From Planctomycetales bacterium (GTDB taxonomy: Bacteria > Planctomycetota > SBBH01): 35,579 nucleotides of DNA. This document shows, piece by piece, positions 31,812 to 35,579 of the stretch (positions are counted from its first letter, which is position 1; each line of letters begins with the position of its first letter). The notes beneath the pieces are model-generated. The model saw only the letters and a program-made list of their open reading frames with translations, was not told the DNA's origin and searched no databases. A program made the position numbers and the translations under genes. The DNA is taken from the NCBI GenBank assembly GCA_005239795.1, contig SBBH01000113.1, positions 1-35,579 on the forward strand. Reading direction: 5' to 3'.

Positions 31812-31910
31812 CGAAATGAGAAATGGGAAACGGGAAATGAGAAAAAAACAGTGGCCGGCGATGCGACCGCCTCCGCATCTCACATTTCACATTCCTCATT
31901 TCACATTTCA
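31812..31910. repeat. Heptad array pair: CGAAATG AGAAATG GGAAACG GGAAATG (31812-39), 43-nt spacer, CATTTCA CATTCCT CATTTCA CATTTCA (31883-910)
   Basis: Read directly. About 22/28 positions are complementary. Begins 5 nt from the thpR ATG and ends 4 nt from the Rieske stop. Confidence 0.85.
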
Positions 31911-31914
31911 GCAA

Positions 31915-32220
31915 TCAGGCTTCTACGTAAATCTCGCTTCCCTCGACCTTCACCGGATAGGTCGAGACGCGCGAGCGCGGATTCAAGGTCCCCGCCCCCG
32001 TCTTGATGTCGAACTGCCAGCCGTGCCAGCAGCAGGTGACGACCGACCCCTGGATCTCGCCGTCAGCCAGGGGCCCTCCCGCGTGGGGACAGGCGTTGTC
32101 GAGGGCGAAAAATTGGCCGTCGACATTGAATAGAGCGATCTCGTTGCCGCCCACGGAAACCATCTTGGCGCAGCCAGGGGCGATCTCGGAAATGGAAGCG
32201 ACCTTGACGGAACTCGGCAT
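31915..32220 (-). CDS. Rieske [2Fe-2S] domain protein (small ferredoxin/NirD-like)
   Basis: CPHAGGPL...CCWHGWQF (C-x-H ... C-x2-H). The 101-aa reading from ATG 32220 is used; the ORF-track 31915..33189 extension overlaps the next gene. Confidence 0.85.
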   Translation of the reverse strand: MPSSVKVASISEIAPGCAKMVSVGGNEIALFNVDGQFFALDNACPHAGGPLADGEIQGSVVTCCWHGWQFDIKTGAGTLNPRSRVSTYPVKVEGSEIYVEA

Positions 32221-32231
32221 GCGCACTCCTT

Positions 32232-33401
32232 TTAAGAAAAGGCGGATATGCCGGTAATATTTTCCCCGATCACCAATGTGTGGATATCGTGCGTCCCCTC
32301 GTAGGTATAGACCGACTCGAGGTTGGCCATGTGGCGGAACGACTGGTACTCGTCGGCGACGCCGTTGGCCCCCAGGATGTCGCGCGCCATGCGCGCCCCC
32401 TCGAGCGCGATCTGGACGTTGTTCCTCTTGAGCATCGAGATCTGATAGGGCTTGGCCTCCCCCTTGTCCTTCATCCGCCCAACGCGCAGCGCCAAAAGCT
32501 GGGCCTTCGTGATCTCCGTCAGCATCTGGACGAGCTTGTTCTGAACGAGCTGGAAGCCGGCGATGGGTTTTCCGAACTGGATCCGGGTCTTGGCGTACTC
32601 CAGCGCCTCCGAGTAGCAGGCCATCGCCGCGCCGATCGCCCCCCAGCCGATCCCGTAGCGGGCCTGGTTCAGGCACATGAGGGGGGATTTCAAACCCTCG
32701 GATTTCGGCAGGAGATTCGCGGCCGGGATTCGGCATCCGTCGAAGGAAAGCTCCGAGGTGACCGAAGCCCGCAGGGAGAATTTCCCCTCGACGTCCGAAG
32801 TCTTGTAACCGGGAGTCCCCCGCTCGACCAAGAATCCCCGCACGACGCCGTCGAGCTTGGCCCAGACCACGGCGACATCGGCAATCCCGCCGTTCGTGAT
32901 CCACATCTTGGTGCCGTCGAGAACGTAGGAGCTTCCCTCCTTGCGGGCGGTCGTGCGCATCCCGCTGGGATCCGAGCCGAAATCGGGCTCGGTGAGGCCG
33001 AAGCACCCCACTTTGCGCCCCGCGGCCATCTCGGGAAGCCACTTCCGCTTCTGCTCCTCGCTCCCGAACGCGTAGAGGGGGTACATCACGAGCCCTCCCT
33101 GCACCGACACGAACGAGCGCAATCCCGAATCGCCGCGTTCGAGCTCCTGGATCGCCAGGCCGTAGGCGACATTCCCGAGCCCCGCGCATCCGTACCCCTC
33201 AAGCGTAGCCCCCAGGAGACCCATCTCGGCCACCTGGCTGATCCAGGGTTTGTGAAACGTCCCGTCGCGGAAATGCTTGGCGACGATTGGGACGACCTCT
33301 TTCGACACGTACTGCCGGACCGTGTCGCGGATCATCCGCTCCTCGTCGGAAAGCTCCGCGTCGAGATTCAGGAAGTCGGCGCCTTTGAAGGGGAGAGCCA
33401 T
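32232..33401 (-). CDS. Acyl-CoA dehydrogenase (glutaryl-CoA dehydrogenase-like)
   Basis: CFGLTEPDFGSDPSGMRTTA, KMWITNG, YEGTHDIHTLVIG. AAGGAG lies 5 nt upstream of the following Rieske ATG. Confidence 0.9.
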   Translation of the reverse strand: MALPFKGADFLNLDAELSDEERMIRDTVRQYVSKEVVPIVAKHFRDGTFHKPWISQVAEMGLLGATLEGYGCAGLGNVAYGLAIQELERGDSGLRSFVSVQGGLVMYPLYAFGSEEQKRKWLPEMAAGRKVGCFGLTEPDFGSDPSGMRTTARKEGSSYVLDGTKMWITNGGIADVAVVWAKLDGVVRGFLVERGTPGYKTSDVEGKFSLRASVTSELSFDGCRIPAANLLPKSEGLKSPLMCLNQARYGIGWGAIGAAMACYSEALEYAKTRIQFGKPIAGFQLVQNKLVQMLTEITKAQLLALRVGRMKDKGEAKPYQISMLKRNNVQIALEGARMARDILGANGVADEYQSFRHMANLESVYTYEGTHDIHTLVIGENITGISAFS

Positions 33402-33435
33402 GCGGAGCGCATCGTAGCGCCCGCGCGGGCCGGTT

Positions 33436-34872
33436 TCAACGGCGTTGGCCAGAGGATGTGCCGGGGGGCCTGCACCCCGGGCCGTCCCCCTTGAGGCCGC
33501 CCAGTTCCTTGCGCATCCGGTCCGCCAGCGCTCTCAAGCGGGTGGCTTCCTCGGGATGGTCTTGGATGACATTGTTTTTTTCGCCGATGTCGGTCGCCAG
33601 ATCGTAGAGCGCCTCAGGAACCTTCTCATGGGCCTCCGGCGGAAGTTCGTTGAGCCGCGTGTAAACGTAAAGATTCTCCTGCATCTTCAGGCGCGGGTAG
33701 ACCAGCTTCCAGCGGCCGCTCCGGACCGCCTGCAGGTCGTTCTTGTAGTAATAGAAAAACGCCTCGTGGGGGGATGTCGCGCCGGGAACACCCGACAGGA
33801 GCGGCCAGATCTCCTTCCCGTCGATCGGCCGCGCGGGGATGGGCGCGCCGGCAAGCCCCGCCACCGTCGGCAGGATGTCGATCACGGAGGCCACCTCGGA
33901 CGAGAGCCGGCCGGGGGGAATTTTGCCGGGCCAGCGGGCGATGAAGGGGACCCGCATCCCCCCTTCGTAGGTCGTCCCCTTGCCGGCCCTCAAAGGACTG
34001 GCCTTCCCTCCCTCTCTCTCTTTCACGAGCCAGGGGCCATTGTCCGACACAAAGATCACCAGGGTCTTTTCGTCGATCCCTTCCGACGTGAGGGAGTCGA
34101 GGACCGAGCCGACGCACGCGTCGATCCGCATCACGGCATCGCCGAAGGGACCCCGCTTCGATTTTCCCAGGAAGCGCTCCTCCACGTAGATCGGCACATG
34201 GGCATCCGTGCAGGCCAAATAGAGGAAAAACGGTTTGTCGCGGCGCTCCTTGATAAACGAGACCGCCTCCTGTGTGAAACGATCCATGAGCGTCTCTTGC
34301 AGGTATGTTGTCTCAATGACCCGGGCGCCGCGCATGAGGGCCGCCGCCTTGTAGTCATGCCCGAAAGGGAGCCCATAGAAAAGATCGAACCCCTGGGAAA
34401 CAGGGAGGAATGGCGGCTGGTATCCCAGGTGCCATTTGCCCACGCAGGCGGTTGCATAGCCGGCCTTTTTCAATAGTTCCGCGAGTGTTGTCTCATCCGG
34501 GTGAATTCCGATCTCCGATTGCGTCCCGAGCACGAGGCCCCGCACGTTCAAAGGATCGGGATCTCCCGGCGCGCCCAGCCCCACGCGAGGCGGATAGCAC
34601 CCCGTCATCAAGGCCGCGCGGGTCGGCGTGCAGACGGAGGCGGCCGCGTAAAAATCGGTGAACCGGATCCCCTCAGCGGCCATCCGATCCAGGCGGGGCG
34701 TCTCGATCTTCTCGTAACCGGGCCGGTCATCGGGGGTCCAGAAGCAACCGATGTCGTCGTAGCCGACGTCGTCGGCCAAGATGACCACGAGGTTGGGACG
34801 TTCCGGCGCGGAAGCGGCCCCTCCTTCCCCGATGAAAAAGGCGGCCCCAAGACAAATGAAGCGCGACTTCAA
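33436..34872 (-). CDS. Exported arylsulfatase-family (formylglycine-dependent) sulfatase
   Basis: NLVVILADDVGYDD, CTPTRAALMTG (C-x-P-x-R). The signal-like (M)KSRFICLGAAFFIGEGGAASA needs the TTG at 34872. The ORF-track extension to 35457 overlaps etfB on the opposite strand. Confidence 0.85.
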   Translation of the reverse strand: MKSRFICLGAAFFIGEGGAASAPERPNLVVILADDVGYDDIGCFWTPDDRPGYEKIETPRLDRMAAEGIRFTDFYAAASVCTPTRAALMTGCYPPRVGLGAPGDPDPLNVRGLVLGTQSEIGIHPDETTLAELLKKAGYATACVGKWHLGYQPPFLPVSQGFDLFYGLPFGHDYKAAALMRGARVIETTYLQETLMDRFTQEAVSFIKERRDKPFFLYLACTDAHVPIYVEERFLGKSKRGPFGDAVMRIDACVGSVLDSLTSEGIDEKTLVIFVSDNGPWLVKEREGGKASPLRAGKGTTYEGGMRVPFIARWPGKIPPGRLSSEVASVIDILPTVAGLAGAPIPARPIDGKEIWPLLSGVPGATSPHEAFFYYYKNDLQAVRSGRWKLVYPRLKMQENLYVYTRLNELPPEAHEKVPEALYDLATDIGEKNNVIQDHPEEATRLRALADRMRKELGGLKGDGPGCRPPGTSSGQRR

Positions 34873-34929
34873 AATCCCCGCCCCCTCCTCTGGCCTGCGC
34901 GGTCTTCTTAGATTAGACTCGCCATCCTG

Positions 34930-35579
34930 ATGAAGATCGCCGTTTGCGTCAAGCGGGTCCCCTCGACCGAAGCGAAGATCAAGGTCGCCCCCGACGGCAA
35001 ATCGATCGATCCAGCGGGGATCGAGTCTGTCGTCAGCCCTTACGACGAGTACGGGATCGAGGAGGCGCTGAAGATCAAGGAAGCGAAGGGAGGCGAGGTG
35101 ATCGCCGTCTCTGTCGGCCCCAAGGAAGCCGAATCGCAGATCCGGACGGCCCTCGCCATGGGGGCCGACCGGGGAATCCTGGTGAAAAGCGACGCCGCGC
35201 TCGATCCTTTCTCGACGGCGCAGGCAATCGCCGCGGCCCTGAAGGACGAAAAACCGGACCTCGTCTTTTTTGGCATCAAGGCGGTCGACGACGACGCGGC
35301 GCAGGTGCCCGCCTACGCCTGCGCGGCCCTGGGGCTCCCGCTCGTCTCGGTCGTCGTCAAGCTGGAACTGGCCGATGGAAAATTCGTCGCCCATCGGCAG
35401 ATCGAGGGGGGAACGGAAGTGGTCGAGTGCTCCCTGCCGGCCGGGATCACGGCTCAAAAGGGGCTCAACACCCCCCGCTTCGCGTCGCTCCCCAACATCA
35501 TGAAGGCCAAGAAAAAACCGATCGTGGAAGTCGCCTTGCCTTCCGCCGCCCCCAAGACCGAGACTGTGAAACTTGAGCC
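34930..35579 (+). CDS. etfB: Electron transfer flavoprotein beta subunit, 3'-truncated by the window edge
   Basis: My translation from ATG 34930: MKIAVCVKRVPSTEAKIKVAPDGKSIDPAGIESVVSPYDEYGIEEALKIKEAKGGEVIAVSVGPKEAESQIRTALAMGADRGILVKSD..FFGIKAVDDDAAQVPAYACAALGLPLVSVV... Not in the ORF track (no stop in the window). Confidence 0.85.
   Translation, partial: MKIAVCVKRVPSTEAKIKVAPDGKSIDPAGIESVVSPYDEYGIEEALKIKEAKGGEVIAVSVGPKEAESQIRTALAMGADRGILVKSDAALDPFSTAQAIAAALKDEKPDLVFFGIKAVDDDAAQVPAYACAALGLPLVSVVVKLELADGKFVAHRQIEGGTEVVECSLPAGITAQKGLNTPRFASLPNIMKAKKKPIVEVALPSAAPKTETVKLE

Noticed and set aside
7196-31910. Heptad arrays as CRISPR arrays
   Set aside because: The period is 7 nt with no unique spacers. 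Arrays are only 28-70 nt long. No cas genes are in the window.

Overview
High-GC (about 65% by eye) bacterial chromosomal segment. The gene content (exported PQQ-propeller, prenyltransferase-like and sulfatase proteins, ECF sigma, MoxR/vWA cluster) resembles PVC-type bacteria, but that is inference only. About 35 protein genes, one tRNA, mostly on the minus strand and tightly packed. (1) 1-12447: an eight-gene MoxR AAA+/vWA 'Bat-like' operon of mostly exported proteins, chained by ATGA/GTGA start-stop overlaps. (2) 12525-16831: MauE-thioredoxin fusion, ACT-domain protein, tRNA-Met(CAT), pcm, an ECF sigma factor and a compositionally atypical low-GC gene. (3) 16832-26530, minus strand: M20 amidohydrolase, TrpG/PabA, RlmN, thiolase, a large secreted protein and a FliD_C-like protein. 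(4) 26836-28446, plus strand: pyroglutamyl peptidase and a SAM methyltransferase. (5) 28478-34872, minus strand: ABC-2 transporter (ATPase plus two permeases), ThpR, Rieske protein, acyl-CoA dehydrogenase, sulfatase. (6) A partial etfB at the right edge, missing from the ORF track. I see no CRISPR array, transposase, integrase or recognisable defence genes. The most unusual signal is non-coding: at least ten phased heptanucleotide tandem arrays, mostly paired as imperfect inverted repeats (typically 4x7 nt, spacer, 4x7 nt). They fill same-strand cistron junctions, and one copy sits in frame inside the methyltransferase gene. Other items: a conserved-looking ORF with no start codon that continues the frame of the upstream gene across a single TGA; an orphan multi-stem terminator-like RNA element; a 450-nt structured spacer after the tRNA; twin GC palindromes with a G-quadruplex motif. 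Coordinates of RNA and repeat features were read by eye and anchored to nearby ORF-track coordinates; treat them as accurate to a few nt.
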